Shown in pieces: positions 20,362 to 29,325 of a stretch of DNA of 43,420 nt. Source of the stretch: a virus. The stretch lies in the UHGV virus genome UHGV-1685692. The stretch is one strand, 5' to 3'. The position numbers and the translations under genes were made by a program. Numbering within the stretch: the stretch's first letter is position 1; each line of letters opens with the position of its first letter. The notes under the pieces are model-generated. The model had not been told where the DNA came from. It saw only the letters and a program-made list of their open reading frames with translations, and searched no databases.

Positions 20362-21951
20362 ATGTCTCAATATTCAATTCAACAGTCATTAGGTAATGCA
20401 TCCAGCGTCGCGGTTAGCCCGATCAATGCCGATGCGACGTTATCTACCGGTGTTGCATTAAATAGCAGCTTATGGGCTGGTATTGGCGTATTTGCGCGTG
20501 GCAAGCCGTTTACTGTTCTTGCGGTTACTGAGTCCAATTACGAAGATGTTCTCGGCGAACCGCTGAAGCCGTCTTCCGGCTCACAGTTCGAACCAATTCG
20601 CCATGTGTACGAAGCTATTCAGCAAACGTCTGGTTATGTTGTCCGTGCTGTTCCGGATGATGCGAAGTTCCCGATTATTATGTTCGATGAATCAGGCGAA
20701 CCGGCTTACAGTGCGTTGCCATACGGTTCTGAAATTGAACTTGATAGCGGCGAAGCCTTTGCTATCTACGTTGATGATGGTGATCCGTGTATTTCACCTA
20801 CCCGTGAGTTAACCATCGAAACGGCAACAGCGGACAGCGCAAGTAATGAACGCTTCATCTTAAAACTGACCCAGACGACTTCGCTTGGTGTGGTAACGAC
20901 CCTGGAGACACACACTGTGTCTTTGGCGGAAGAAGCGAAAGATGACATGGGCCGCTTGTGTTATCTGCCTACGGCTCTGGAAGCTCGTTCTAAATATCTG
21001 CGCGCGGTTGTTAATGAAGATCTGATTTCTACAGCGAAAGTAACAAACAAAAAATCGTTGGCGTTCACTGGTGGTACCAACGGTGATCAGTCGAAAATCT
21101 CAACCGCTGCGTACCTGCGTGCGGTGAAAGTGCTGAACAATGCGCCGTACATGTACACCGCTGTTCTTGGCCTGGGCTGCTATGACAATGCGGCTATCAC
21201 CGCATTAGGTAAAATCTGTGCAGATCGCCTGATTGATGGCTTCTTTGATGTCAAACCGACATTAAGGTACGCAGAAGCACTAACAGCTGTTGAGGGTACC
21301 GGTTTACTTGGTACCGATTATGTAAGCTGTTCTGTCTATCACTACCCGTTCTCCTGCAAAGACAAATGGACCCAATCCCGTGTGGTCTTCGGTCTGTCTG
21401 GCGCGGCGTATGCGGCGAAAGCTCGTGGCGTCAAGAAAAACTCTGATGTCGGCGGTTGGCATTACTCACCGGCTGGTGAAGAACGTGCCGTCATTGCTCG
21501 TGCGTCAATTCAACCGCTGTATCCGGAAGATACCCCGGACGAAGAAGCAATGGTCAAGGGCCGTCTCAATAAAGTATCTGTTGGCACCTCTGGTCAGATG
21601 ATCATCGACGATGCTTTAACTTGCTGCACGCAGGATAACTATCTGCACTTCCAGCACGTCCCATCCCTGATGAATGCAATCAGCCGTTTCTTTGTCCAGT
21701 TAGCCCGACAGATGAAGCATAGCCCGGACGGTATTACTGCGGCTGGCCTGACTAAAGGGATGACCAAACTTTTAGATCGCTTTGTCGCCTCCGGCGCTCT
21801 GGTGGCTCCTCGTGATCCCGATGCTGACGGTACAGAACCGTATGTGCTGAAAGTTACGCAGGCGGAATTCGATAAATGGGAAGTAGTCTGGGCCTGCTGC
21901 CCGACTGGCGTAGCCCGTCGTATCCAGGGCGTACCGCTGCTTATTAAGTAA
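20362..21951 (+). CDS. contractile tail sheath protein
   Basis: 529 aa; N-terminal GVFARGKPFTVLAVTESNYEDVLGEP...GYVVRAVPD parallels the T4 gp18 N-terminal pattern GKFQWGPAFQIKQVT...FGQP...LRVVRAVDR (recalled). Confidence 0.6.
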   Translation: MSQYSIQQSLGNASSVAVSPINADATLSTGVALNSSLWAGIGVFARGKPFTVLAVTESNYEDVLGEPLKPSSGSQFEPIRHVYEAIQQTSGYVVRAVPDDAKFPIIMFDESGEPAYSALPYGSEIELDSGEAFAIYVDDGDPCISPTRELTIETATADSASNERFILKLTQTTSLGVVTTLETHTVSLAEEAKDDMGRLCYLPTALEARSKYLRAVVNEDLISTAKVTNKKSLAFTGGTNGDQSKISTAAYLRAVKVLNNAPYMYTAVLGLGCYDNAAITALGKICADRLIDGFFDVKPTLRYAEALTAVEGTGLLGTDYVSCSVYHYPFSCKDKWTQSRVVFGLSGAAYAAKARGVKKNSDVGGWHYSPAGEERAVIARASIQPLYPEDTPDEEAMVKGRLNKVSVGTSGQMIIDDALTCCTQDNYLHFQHVPSLMNAISRFFVQLARQMKHSPDGITAAGLTKGMTKLLDRFVASGALVAPRDPDADGTEPYVLKVTQAEFDKWEVVWACCPTGVARRIQGVPLLIK

Positions 21952-21960
21952 GGGAATACA

Positions 21961-22776
21961 ATGAGCAAAAACTTTTTTCAATCCGGGGCATTTTTGGGGA
22001 ATGGACTGTCCCGTTTCGCTTTGAACTCTGATCCTGTGCAGCTGATGGAGTCTGCCCGAGCAAGCGCCGAACCGCCAACAGATCCGGTTATTAATAATAA
22101 TCCGGAACCGGCGGCACAGACTAACGATAACGTTCCATCTGCCCCGGCTCCAGAGCAAATCCTGGAAGGGAAAGACGGTAAAGAATGGACCGTCGAACAG
22201 GCGCACCAGATGATTCTGGAAGCTGCAAATCGAAGTGCTATGCAGAATGCGTTGAGTGATGCGGCCGACGCCGTTTTCTCCTGGGCTGATAGCGGTGATC
22301 TGACTTTCGACTCCCTTGATGGTTTCGTTCAGGCTATCGCTGGTATCTCTGATGACGACGACTCCGAAGTTACAGAAGAACAGGACGATGCCTATAACGA
22401 AGCATGGGCAAATGTTGCTGACTTCCTCGCAGCATGCGGTGTAGATGATGACCTGATCGAAGCACTGGCTGACGATGAAGACGACGACGCAGCTGCTGAT
22501 GTTGGTGCCTCTATCGCTGGTTTAGATAGCGACGACCGCGACGAACTGGAAGCGGCGTTTGTTGTTGCTGGCACTTCTGATGAAATGCTGACTGAAGCAT
22601 TTAAGAAGGTTGTTCGTAACGGTGAGATCAAACTCATCCGTAAACGCCTGCGTAAAAAACGTCTGACTGCGGCTCAAAAATCGGCGCTGAAAAAAGCGCG
22701 TCGAAAAGCCCAGACCGGCGCGGCAAAACTTGCCCGCAAAAAGTCAATGAAACTGCGCCGTAAGCGCCTTGGCTAA
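21961..22776 (+). CDS. hypothetical acidic protein with strongly basic Lys/Arg-rich C-terminus
   Basis: 271 aa; Asp/Glu/Ala-rich low-complexity centre (DDDDSEVTEEQDD, ADDEDDDAAAD) and KRLRKKRL...KLRRKRLG tail; followed by hairpin ggccggag-aact-ccggcc. Confidence 0.45.
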   Translation: MSKNFFQSGAFLGNGLSRFALNSDPVQLMESARASAEPPTDPVINNNPEPAAQTNDNVPSAPAPEQILEGKDGKEWTVEQAHQMILEAANRSAMQNALSDAADAVFSWADSGDLTFDSLDGFVQAIAGISDDDDSEVTEEQDDAYNEAWANVADFLAACGVDDDLIEALADDEDDDAAADVGASIAGLDSDDRDELEAAFVVAGTSDEMLTEAFKKVVRNGEIKLIRKRLRKKRLTAAQKSALKKARRKAQTGAAKLARKKSMKLRRKRLG

Positions 22777-22811
22777 AGGAGGAGGCCGGAGAACTCCGGC
22801 CTTTAACTTGA

Positions 22812-23393
22812 ATGGCACCTATACCTTATGGGGTTTACAGCCAGGCTGACGGTGTATCGCCATTTCTGAAAGTTACTTTAACGAACTCTCAGTACCAGGT
22901 TACCGGATATATCAGCCAGGGGGCAGCAATGAACATGGCCCAGAATTGGGAAGCGCCGTTTACCGGTATGTCCATGGGGTCTGTTGCTGGTGCTTTCAGT
23001 GGTTTTGCGCAGGTTGGTACTGAAACAACGTCGGTGGCCCGTTGGAACAGCTTAATGGTTTGGGAGGGGGGAACACCGCCGACTTTCACGCTGCCAGTAA
23101 CTTTCATCGCTTTGTTTGACCCATTCACTGAGGTTTCAGGAGCTATCGCCGCATTGTCAGCGATGATTAGCCCGGAACTTAAAGATGCCAGCATTGGTGG
23201 TCGAATCCCGGAGCGTGTGACGCTAAACATTGGTCGCCGGATCAACATCATTGATGTCGCTATCCAGGACATAAGTTTCGATCTCGATGCGCCCAGGGAC
23301 AGCAATGGGCATTTCCTGAAAAACACCGTCAACCTCCAGTTGACCGGTTCTTCGATATATAACAGCTCCGATATTGTTCGGGCGTTCCAGTAA
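22812..23393 (+). CDS. phage tail structural protein (tube or tube-associated candidate)
   Basis: 193 aa (about 21 kDa) downstream of the sheath gene; no diagnostic motif. Confidence 0.4.
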   Translation: MAPIPYGVYSQADGVSPFLKVTLTNSQYQVTGYISQGAAMNMAQNWEAPFTGMSMGSVAGAFSGFAQVGTETTSVARWNSLMVWEGGTPPTFTLPVTFIALFDPFTEVSGAIAALSAMISPELKDASIGGRIPERVTLNIGRRINIIDVAIQDISFDLDAPRDSNGHFLKNTVNLQLTGSSIYNSSDIVRAFQ

Positions 23394-23404
23394 AAGGATT
23401 TTAT

Positions 23405-23914
23405 ATGGGGCACAATAACACTAAGGGAAACCGTAAATTTATTAAGGGCCGCTATACTGCCAACGCGGCCAAAGGCGAACGACTGGTATCTTCTGAATTC
23501 CAGCTCACTTTTGCAGGCCATGAAGATATCAGCGTACTGGTTCGCACGTCGCAAATTCCTGAAATGACCCGCGAGGATGTGGAGGACTATGGTCCGAATG
23601 GTGTGAAGTTCAACCAGCACGGTCCAATTCGAAACTCTGGGGAAATCCAGGTCCAGTGCGTGGAGACTATCGAAGGCGATATTCTTCAGTTCATTAAAGA
23701 TCGCATTGCGGCGAAGGACTATGTTGATATCACGATGGCTGCGACCCCTGAATCCAAATCTTCCGGGGTTAACGCTGTGACAAAAGCTGCTACAACAATT
23801 GAAATGTTGGACTGCAAAATCTACAGTGATGCAATCGACTTTAGTACCGAAGATGTGACTGCCGCTGTGCGCCCGTCACTTCGTATCGTCTACAACTGGA
23901 TTGAGTGGGATTAA
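23405..23914 (+). CDS. tail tube-like protein candidate
   Basis: 169 aa, a typical tube-protein size; C-terminal ...RIVYNWIEWD is loosely reminiscent of the T4 gp19 C-terminus; weak evidence. Confidence 0.35.
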   Translation: MGHNNTKGNRKFIKGRYTANAAKGERLVSSEFQLTFAGHEDISVLVRTSQIPEMTREDVEDYGPNGVKFNQHGPIRNSGEIQVQCVETIEGDILQFIKDRIAAKDYVDITMAATPESKSSGVNAVTKAATTIEMLDCKIYSDAIDFSTEDVTAAVRPSLRIVYNWIEWD

Positions 23915-23932
23915 GAGTCATCCCTTGTATTT

Positions 23933-23957
23933 TAAAGCTCCTTCGGGAGCTTTTTTG
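23933..23957 (+). terminator. rho-independent terminator ending the structural operon
   Basis: aaagctcc-ttcg-ggagcttt followed by tttt. Confidence 0.55.
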
Positions 23958-23997
23958 TGCTTAAATCATGTCAATATAGCGAAATTTTGAGCATATT

Positions 23998-24294
23998 ATG
24001 GAAATTGATTTTTCATACTCTCCTGAAACGATAGAACGAAGATTCGAAATAATTGGATGCAAAACTATTTCCGAGGAGCATTATTGGATTCTCTATGATG
24101 CCAATACATGGTTATGTGCCTTAGCAGAATGTCAGCCATCGTTATGTGTAGGGGAGGGGGCTTTTCGACATAAGGTGCTGGCTACACTTGAAGTGAACAC
24201 GTTACGATATTGGTGTGTAGAAATACTTAGTGATAACAAAGAATTGCACTTATTATTGCTGAATAAGTGTGCTTCTCTGCGCAGAAAAGCATGA
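23998..24294 (+). CDS. hypothetical small protein in the AT-rich island (convergent with the DUF3800-like cassette)
   Basis: 98-aa ORF, no clear RBS, AT-rich codon usage; a plus-strand hairpin with T-run lies at about 24420-24460. Confidence 0.3.
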   Translation: MEIDFSYSPETIERRFEIIGCKTISEEHYWILYDANTWLCALAECQPSLCVGEGAFRHKVLATLEVNTLRYWCVEILSDNKELHLLLLNKCASLRRKA

Positions 24295-24459
24295 AAAAAC
24301 CCAACCGCTCTCCCGGAATTATCAGAAGAATATGTGCGGAAAGTTATAGCTAGCTATTGAAAAGCTAAAGTAGATCGGTTAGATTTGCATTACTCATCTA
24401 CCATGTGTAGAAAGAGCGATCGAACCCGATACATAGCAATATGTGTCGGGTTCAGCTTT

Positions 24460-24924
24460 TTATGTCCCAAGTGCTCTTTTTCTGCTTTGTTTGAGTGTTC
24501 TGATTTTACTGTCATAGGTTACAACATAGGCTGTTTTGAGAAGCCAATAGTCTCTACGTGCGGATAGCACAACAACGTAGTTTTCACACTCATTCCAGAT
24601 TACCCACTCTTCAGTTGGTCCTCGTCTTTCAGACCAACATGATATATCGCAATGGTTATAATTCCTTATCATGTGCGCGATCCAGCGAATTCGCTTGCAC
24701 CGTTCAAGATCGGGTATACGTTCTTCTTCTATTTTTCCCTCTGATACTAAATGCCAAAATCCGAATTCTTTCCCATTATATTCCGGTGAATAACGTAATC
24801 GAACAGGGAGACCCTTAAACGTTATATTAGATATTAAAATATCTTCTCTAACAACATCATATACATCGTCTATATACTCTTGCCAACTTCCATTGAAGTA
24901 CAATAAATCTGGCATTTGAAGCAT
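24460..24924 (-). CDS. hypothetical protein, second gene of the AT-rich cassette (translationally coupled)
   Basis: ATG at 24922-24924 overlaps the upstream stop (TGATG) and is preceded by GGGAGG; about 154 aa; contains RIRWIAH / RNYNH segments (possible R-x4-6-H, weak); no confident domain. Confidence 0.5.
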   Translation of the reverse strand: MLQMPDLLYFNGSWQEYIDDVYDVVREDILISNITFKGLPVRLRYSPEYNGKEFGFWHLVSEGKIEEERIPDLERCKRIRWIAHMIRNYNHCDISCWSERRGPTEEWVIWNECENYVVVLSARRDYWLLKTAYVVTYDSKIRTLKQSRKRALGT

Positions 24925-25628
24925 CAGCGAGCCTCCCACACGAAAATATTAAATTTACTTTCTGTTGGAAGAGTACTTTTTAGTAACTCCCTGTTTGTAT
25001 GTGATTTTATTCTGTTTATGACTTGGATTTTTCCCGCGTTGCTATTCATTCCTCGATGAACGTAGCCTAACGCGCCAATGAAAAGATCCGTTAGCTGCAA
25101 TTGCTGCACTTCATGAGATCGTATATGTTGAATTCTGTTTATCGACTCATGATTGTAATCATAGCGATCATTGTGAAGAACCCCTCTTAATTTCTCAATT
25201 TTTTCAATACCTAAAGTATCTTTTATATCTAGGTAGATATTGTATGTGTTGTTACTTTCTATTATGTTTTTTAAGACATAAAAAAACATCTTATAATAGA
25301 AAGTATTATGATCTTGATGGAATCGAGCATGGTCCAGTTGCTCTTTATCAGGAACAACAACACCTCTAAAGCGCAATGCAGGGTTGCTGAAGAAGTAATC
25401 TACGACATCTAAGTAAAATTCAACTTTGGACGCAGATACTTTAGTCCACTTGATTTCGAAATCAGGTTTTAGATTGTGTTTTAATTTTAATTCCTTGATG
25501 TCTCTAGCAATTTTTTTTGTGATAGTGCCGGGACACCAAAGCGCACCCAATACCATGACTTTATTATGATCATTTAGTAGGTGACAGGATTCATCGCAGA
25601 ATACATTAAATGTTCTTCGGTTCAACAT
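24924..25628 (-). CDS. DUF3800-like protein (N-terminal DES motif), first gene of the AT-rich cassette
   Basis: 234 aa; FNVFCDES near the N-terminus and QLQLTDLFIGALGY near the C-terminus fit the DUF3800 pattern as I recall it; AGTGGAG RBS; visibly AT-rich relative to flanking phage genes. Confidence 0.55.
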   Translation of the reverse strand: MLNRRTFNVFCDESCHLLNDHNKVMVLGALWCPGTITKKIARDIKELKLKHNLKPDFEIKWTKVSASKVEFYLDVVDYFFSNPALRFRGVVVPDKEQLDHARFHQDHNTFYYKMFFYVLKNIIESNNTYNIYLDIKDTLGIEKIEKLRGVLHNDRYDYNHESINRIQHIRSHEVQQLQLTDLFIGALGYVHRGMNSNAGKIQVINRIKSHTNRELLKSTLPTESKFNIFVWEAR

Positions 25629-25764
25629 GTTAACTCCACTTATTGTTAGGTAGAATTGTCCGTTAGTTGTTTATTAATTGCAATAATGGGGCGTCCAGTT
25701 TTGGCAACAGTGTCCTCTTACCAGGACACCTATGAGTTTGCCTCATGGCAAACTAGAGGTGTTG

Positions 25765-25781
25765 AAAGTATGCATGGTTAT
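25765..25781. promoter_or_regulatory. degenerate C1-operator-like sequence in the promoter region of the AT-rich cassette
   Basis: Minus strand reads ATTGCTCTAATTATAAC: first 11 nt identical to the operator consensus, 12/17 overall; located just after the repL stop. Confidence 0.25.
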
Positions 25782-25796
25782 AATTAGAGCAATTCA

Positions 25797-26642
25797 TTAC
25801 CCTCTGAATCCTGCCGGTATACCCCATTGTTCGTTATCTTTATTTTTGGCTAAAACCGCATTAAGAGCTTCGTTTACCGTCATGCAATGCGGCAGATTAT
25901 CGAAGTTTGATACCCCGCCAATATCAGGAGAACGCTTGTTCTTCAGGTAAGCATATTTCCGCGCTGCCGCCTCTACTTTCTGCTTGAACTCATGTTTTTG
26001 TGCGCGTTTTTTGGATAACCGCAGATTGTCAGCCTTTGCTTTTGCCTCAGCGATCCATGAAGTCAATTTTTTGAGTCTGGTCGTTCCGGCACCGCCGGAA
26101 ACTGATCTTTTTGTTTTTTTAACTTGTGACTTCTTATTCTTTATTGCCACGTCATCCTGACAGGGGGAGGGGGTATCATTTTGACATGGGGGTGTGGATA
26201 AAAAATTAAATAAAGCCAATGTCTTAGCGAGAACAGCTTTAACCTTGGTTGCCGCTGAAGAGATCTTTAATTTGCTTTCAATCAGCGCATTTTTGGCTTG
26301 TTGTGCGAAGGCCAAAAAGGATGGCGTAAACCGGTACAGGTTAGCGCGACGTTCACGGTGATCGCCGATAACAATCTCTACAGACAGAATTCCTTTGTTT
26401 ACAGCTTCACGGAATGCACGAACGACGGTTGATTGGCTATAACCAGTTTCTGCCGCGATCAGGCGGTGGGGCTTGTGAATGAAGTATTCACTGGTTGTTG
26501 CCGCGAGATTTGCACATTGCGACAGGATATGCCCGGCGCTACGGGATAGACCGGAGTGTGTTACAAAGAAGGCCAATTCATAGCCAGAAAAAGTAAAATC
26601 GCTCATCGTTATACAGCTCAGGAAAGTGACTTTAGCCAGCAT
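25797..26642 (-). CDS. repL: lytic replicon initiator RepL-like protein
   Basis: 281 aa (the length I recall for P1 RepL); helix-turn-helix-like segment TGYSQSTVVRAFREAVNKGIL; basic C-terminal region; immediately downstream of kilA under a C1 operator. Confidence 0.55.
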   Translation of the reverse strand: MLAKVTFLSCITMSDFTFSGYELAFFVTHSGLSRSAGHILSQCANLAATTSEYFIHKPHRLIAAETGYSQSTVVRAFREAVNKGILSVEIVIGDHRERRANLYRFTPSFLAFAQQAKNALIESKLKISSAATKVKAVLAKTLALFNFLSTPPCQNDTPSPCQDDVAIKNKKSQVKKTKRSVSGGAGTTRLKKLTSWIAEAKAKADNLRLSKKRAQKHEFKQKVEAAARKYAYLKNKRSPDIGGVSNFDNLPHCMTVNEALNAVLAKNKDNEQWGIPAGFRG

Positions 26643-26671
26643 TACAATGCTGGTGGTTCTTACTACGTCTG

Positions 26672-27472
26672 TTAGCGCGTTGCCGCGACAGGTACCAGCA
26701 CACCAGCATCAAGCAATCGCTTCATCAGCCACTGCTGACCTTTGCCGGTTATACGAGTCGTGAAAGAAATCCTGCTTCCATTGCTTGTATCGATCACGGT
26801 TTCTTTAAGGGTGAAATACCCACGGGATATGTATTCTTGTTTGGGGACGTTCCTGCGTTCACCGGTTGCGATCAGAATTCCGTTATCACGCAACCAGGTG
26901 AAGAGATAGTTTTGGCCCAGGCCGAGCACTTTGGCATAGTTGCCGATTAGAACCCCGCTGGCGGTAGCAACGCGTTCGGCGAATTCGACTTTAGGTGCAT
27001 CCATCAGCATTTTTTGCTCCAGCCGTTGCTTTTGCTCTGCCAGGTCAGCAGCCAAACGGAGAGCTTCTGGGAGGCTCTTCGGAATAGCAGGTTGTAATCT
27101 TCCGGCTCGATAGTCGATAAATGTCTGGTTTACCTTCAGCCGAAACGCGGGAGAAATCCAGCCTGCGTACTCCACTGCGAGCAATTCATGGGCAAAAGTG
27201 CCGCCGCCACGGCCTTCGAACGAAACTATGCAATTCTGCATAGTTTCTTTTTCAAGCTCTTCGATGAGCTGTTTGGCTGACAGCGTTCTTAGCCATTGAG
27301 CTGGCGCTTTATGGGCACCGAGTCCGCTCGCTCTGTGTAGAGCATTAAGGTTGTAACGGCCAGCGCGGTCGGTCGTAATTTCAACACCACAAATAACGGG
27401 CAGAGTGGTTGAAGGATCGACATTTTGATGAAGGTTTGATATATTCATATCCGCATTGAATGTTTGTTGCAT
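26672..27472 (-). CDS. kilA: KilA (KilA-N DNA-binding domain plus Bro/KilA-C-type C-terminal domain)
   Basis: 266 aa; N-terminal KilA-N-like region; the C-terminal half is paralogous to the C-terminal half of the downstream Ant-like protein (LPEALRLAA(D/E)LAEQK...KV(E/D)FA(E/D)RV, GKGQQWL); C1 operator upstream. Confidence 0.7.
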   Translation of the reverse strand: MQQTFNADMNISNLHQNVDPSTTLPVICGVEITTDRAGRYNLNALHRASGLGAHKAPAQWLRTLSAKQLIEELEKETMQNCIVSFEGRGGGTFAHELLAVEYAGWISPAFRLKVNQTFIDYRAGRLQPAIPKSLPEALRLAADLAEQKQRLEQKMLMDAPKVEFAERVATASGVLIGNYAKVLGLGQNYLFTWLRDNGILIATGERRNVPKQEYISRGYFTLKETVIDTSNGSRISFTTRITGKGQQWLMKRLLDAGVLVPVAATR

Positions 27473-27541
27473 TTTTTCTCCAAATTTGCATCAACCTTCA
27501 ATCACCAGCTCGAAATGGTGATTCTTTGCACTTAGAAAACG

Positions 27542-27558
27542 AAATTTATTAGAGCAAA
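27542..27558. promoter_or_regulatory. C1-repressor operator controlling the kilA-repL operon (Op53-like)
   Basis: AAATTTATTAGAGCAAA is the reverse complement of the operator with one mismatch; lies about 85 nt upstream of the kilA start. Confidence 0.65.
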
Positions 27559-27636
27559 TTTTTCTGACTCGATCTAGATCGGGTTGGACGATCTGCTCAG
27601 AAACCTGCCAGTTTGCTGGCAGGTTTTTTTCTTTTG

Positions 27637-28680
27637 TTAACCTATTGCTACTGGTTTTAACAAACCAGCATCAAGTAGCTTGCGAGTTAACCACTGCTGG
27701 CCTTTACCCGTTAATTGGGGCGTCAGCCGTATCTGGTAGCCATTTTCATCATCCAGCACCACCTCTTTCACCGTGAAATACCCGGCGTTGATGTACTGTT
27801 GGCGCGGTACGTTTTTGCGCGCTCCAAAAGCCATGAGAATGCCGTTCTGGCGCAACCATGAGAAAAGGGCGTTTTGCTTAAGTCCAACGACCTTTGCAAA
27901 GTTCCCGATCAGGATTCCATTGGCCACTGATACCCGGTCGGCAAAATCGACTTTAGGGGCTGCGGCCACCAGCTGTTGTTCCAACTGCATTTTCTGTTCT
28001 GCTAACTCGGCAGCCAGGCGTAGGGCTTCTGGTAATGTCTGGGGGATCGATGGGGTAGGGGAGTTTGCCTGCTGCAATTCTTCCAGTTTGTCGATCAGCG
28101 AACGGCGGACAGCTTTTGATTCGCGCGCGGCGACTCGCAGGGCTTGTTTGTAGGTCATGGTTATGACAACCATAGGCGTACCGCCACCTGGCGGCACGGT
28201 TGCACTTTTTGTGTAACCGTCCTCACCTTCTAATTCGTCGAGTATCTTTTCGATGAATTTGTTGTTCCGAACGTCTGGTTCCCCACATAACTTACGCGCT
28301 TCATTGACCATCTTTAACAGTGTCTGGCTGTCGATTGAGTCTCCGGTGTTGGGGATGATATTCACGGCTGGTGCTGGCGTAGCTGAAGCAACAGGTGCTG
28401 GTTTTTCAACATTTAAATTATTACCGGTCATTCTATGTGCCTCCTTTCTCATTTCTGCTGCCACTGTTGCGTAACGTAGACGTCCTTGTTCAATCAAATA
28501 ATCCCTGATCTCGGCTATCAGTAGCCTGTTGATCACAGCCTTATCTGTTCGGGTATAAAAACGTCTGGTTATCATGAAATAGTTAGCAATTGCGCCGGGG
28601 ATCTCCCGTGTCGGCATACAGGTAGTATGCAAGGCGATCGCTTCGGCTATTTCATTACGGGTGATGAGAGGTGTTTTCAT
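27637..28680 (-). CDS. ant: antirepressor (Ant-like) with KilA-C/Bro-C-type C-terminal domain
   Basis: 347 aa; C-terminal domain shared with KilA; lies downstream of an icd-like ORF and a C1 operator, the arrangement of the P1 immI operon (recalled). Confidence 0.6.
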   Translation of the reverse strand: MKTPLITRNEIAEAIALHTTCMPTREIPGAIANYFMITRRFYTRTDKAVINRLLIAEIRDYLIEQGRLRYATVAAEMRKEAHRMTGNNLNVEKPAPVASATPAPAVNIIPNTGDSIDSQTLLKMVNEARKLCGEPDVRNNKFIEKILDELEGEDGYTKSATVPPGGGTPMVVITMTYKQALRVAARESKAVRRSLIDKLEELQQANSPTPSIPQTLPEALRLAAELAEQKMQLEQQLVAAAPKVDFADRVSVANGILIGNFAKVVGLKQNALFSWLRQNGILMAFGARKNVPRQQYINAGYFTVKEVVLDDENGYQIRLTPQLTGKGQQWLTRKLLDAGLLKPVAIG

Positions 28681-28898
28681 AAACCCCCCTGAACGTCGGC
28701 AGAGAAGGGGAGGCTCCAGTAACTAAGTGAATTGCGCGAGTTAGTTGAAAAACGGGCTGTAAAAATGCAGGGGCCATCAGGCAATTGAGAGCGTGCTTCG
28801 TCTTCTGTTGCTGCGATAACGAAGTGATAGTGGTGTTTTTTACAGGAATAGAAACGCCAGATGAATTCTGGGCGTGCGCAAGGATTGGCATTAACCAT
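28677..28898 (-). CDS. icd: Icd-like small protein overlapping the ant start
   Basis: ATG at 28896-28898 gives a 73-aa product (MVNANPCARPEF...), the size I recall for P1 Icd; stop overlaps the ant ATG (ATGA). Confidence 0.4.
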   Translation of the reverse strand: MVNANPCARPEFIWRFYSCKKHHYHFVIAATEDEARSQLPDGPCIFTARFSTNSRNSLSYWSLPFSADVQGGL

Positions 28899-28899
28899 A

Positions 28900-29200
28900 G
28901 TTACGGCCTCATTCGTAGGTTTAACAACCTGCGCCCCGCTGCTAAACGGGTGGCAGGACGTGACGGGGTTAGCAGACTGGCACGAATGAAACCAGCAGGC
29001 CGAAGCCTCCCCATCACGCCCCACCATAATTCGGGCGTAACGTGGTTTTACGGACACAAAAATACCGCAATATCGGATATCTGCGGTTGTCCGCATTCGT
29101 ATTCAGGCTGCTAAACCCGGTCGCAGAATTTGCTACGACGGCGGAACTATAAGCCTGAACGATTAAAAGGTCAATATGATGCGAAAAGATAGCATTTGCG
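28900..29200 (-). ncRNA. region expected to encode a c4-like antisense immunity RNA (boundaries not determined)
   Basis: Non-coding leader between the C1 operator and icd/ant; motif gctgctaaac occurs at 28932 and 29107 and ttagcaga at 28960, as expected for c4 and its target repeats; positional inference only. Confidence 0.25.
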
Positions 29201-29212
29201 ACTTAAAAATAC

Positions 29213-29229
29213 AAATTTATTAGAGCATT
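29213..29229. promoter_or_regulatory. C1-repressor operator (Op51-like) in the divergent region between the immunity operon and the secreted-protein gene
   Basis: AAATTTATTAGAGCATT is the reverse complement of the operator with one mismatch. Confidence 0.6.
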
Positions 29230-29325
29230 AATTGTATAACAAATACACAAATGGATCTAATAACCTCTTTTTTTTAAAGGCGAAAATATGTACCCTAAAT
29301 GGGTTATAAGGCAGGTGAGGTTATA

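Noticed and set aside
22889-23620. Minus-strand 243-aa ORF
   Set aside because: Antisense to two tightly packed + strand structural genes; no promoter or RBS.
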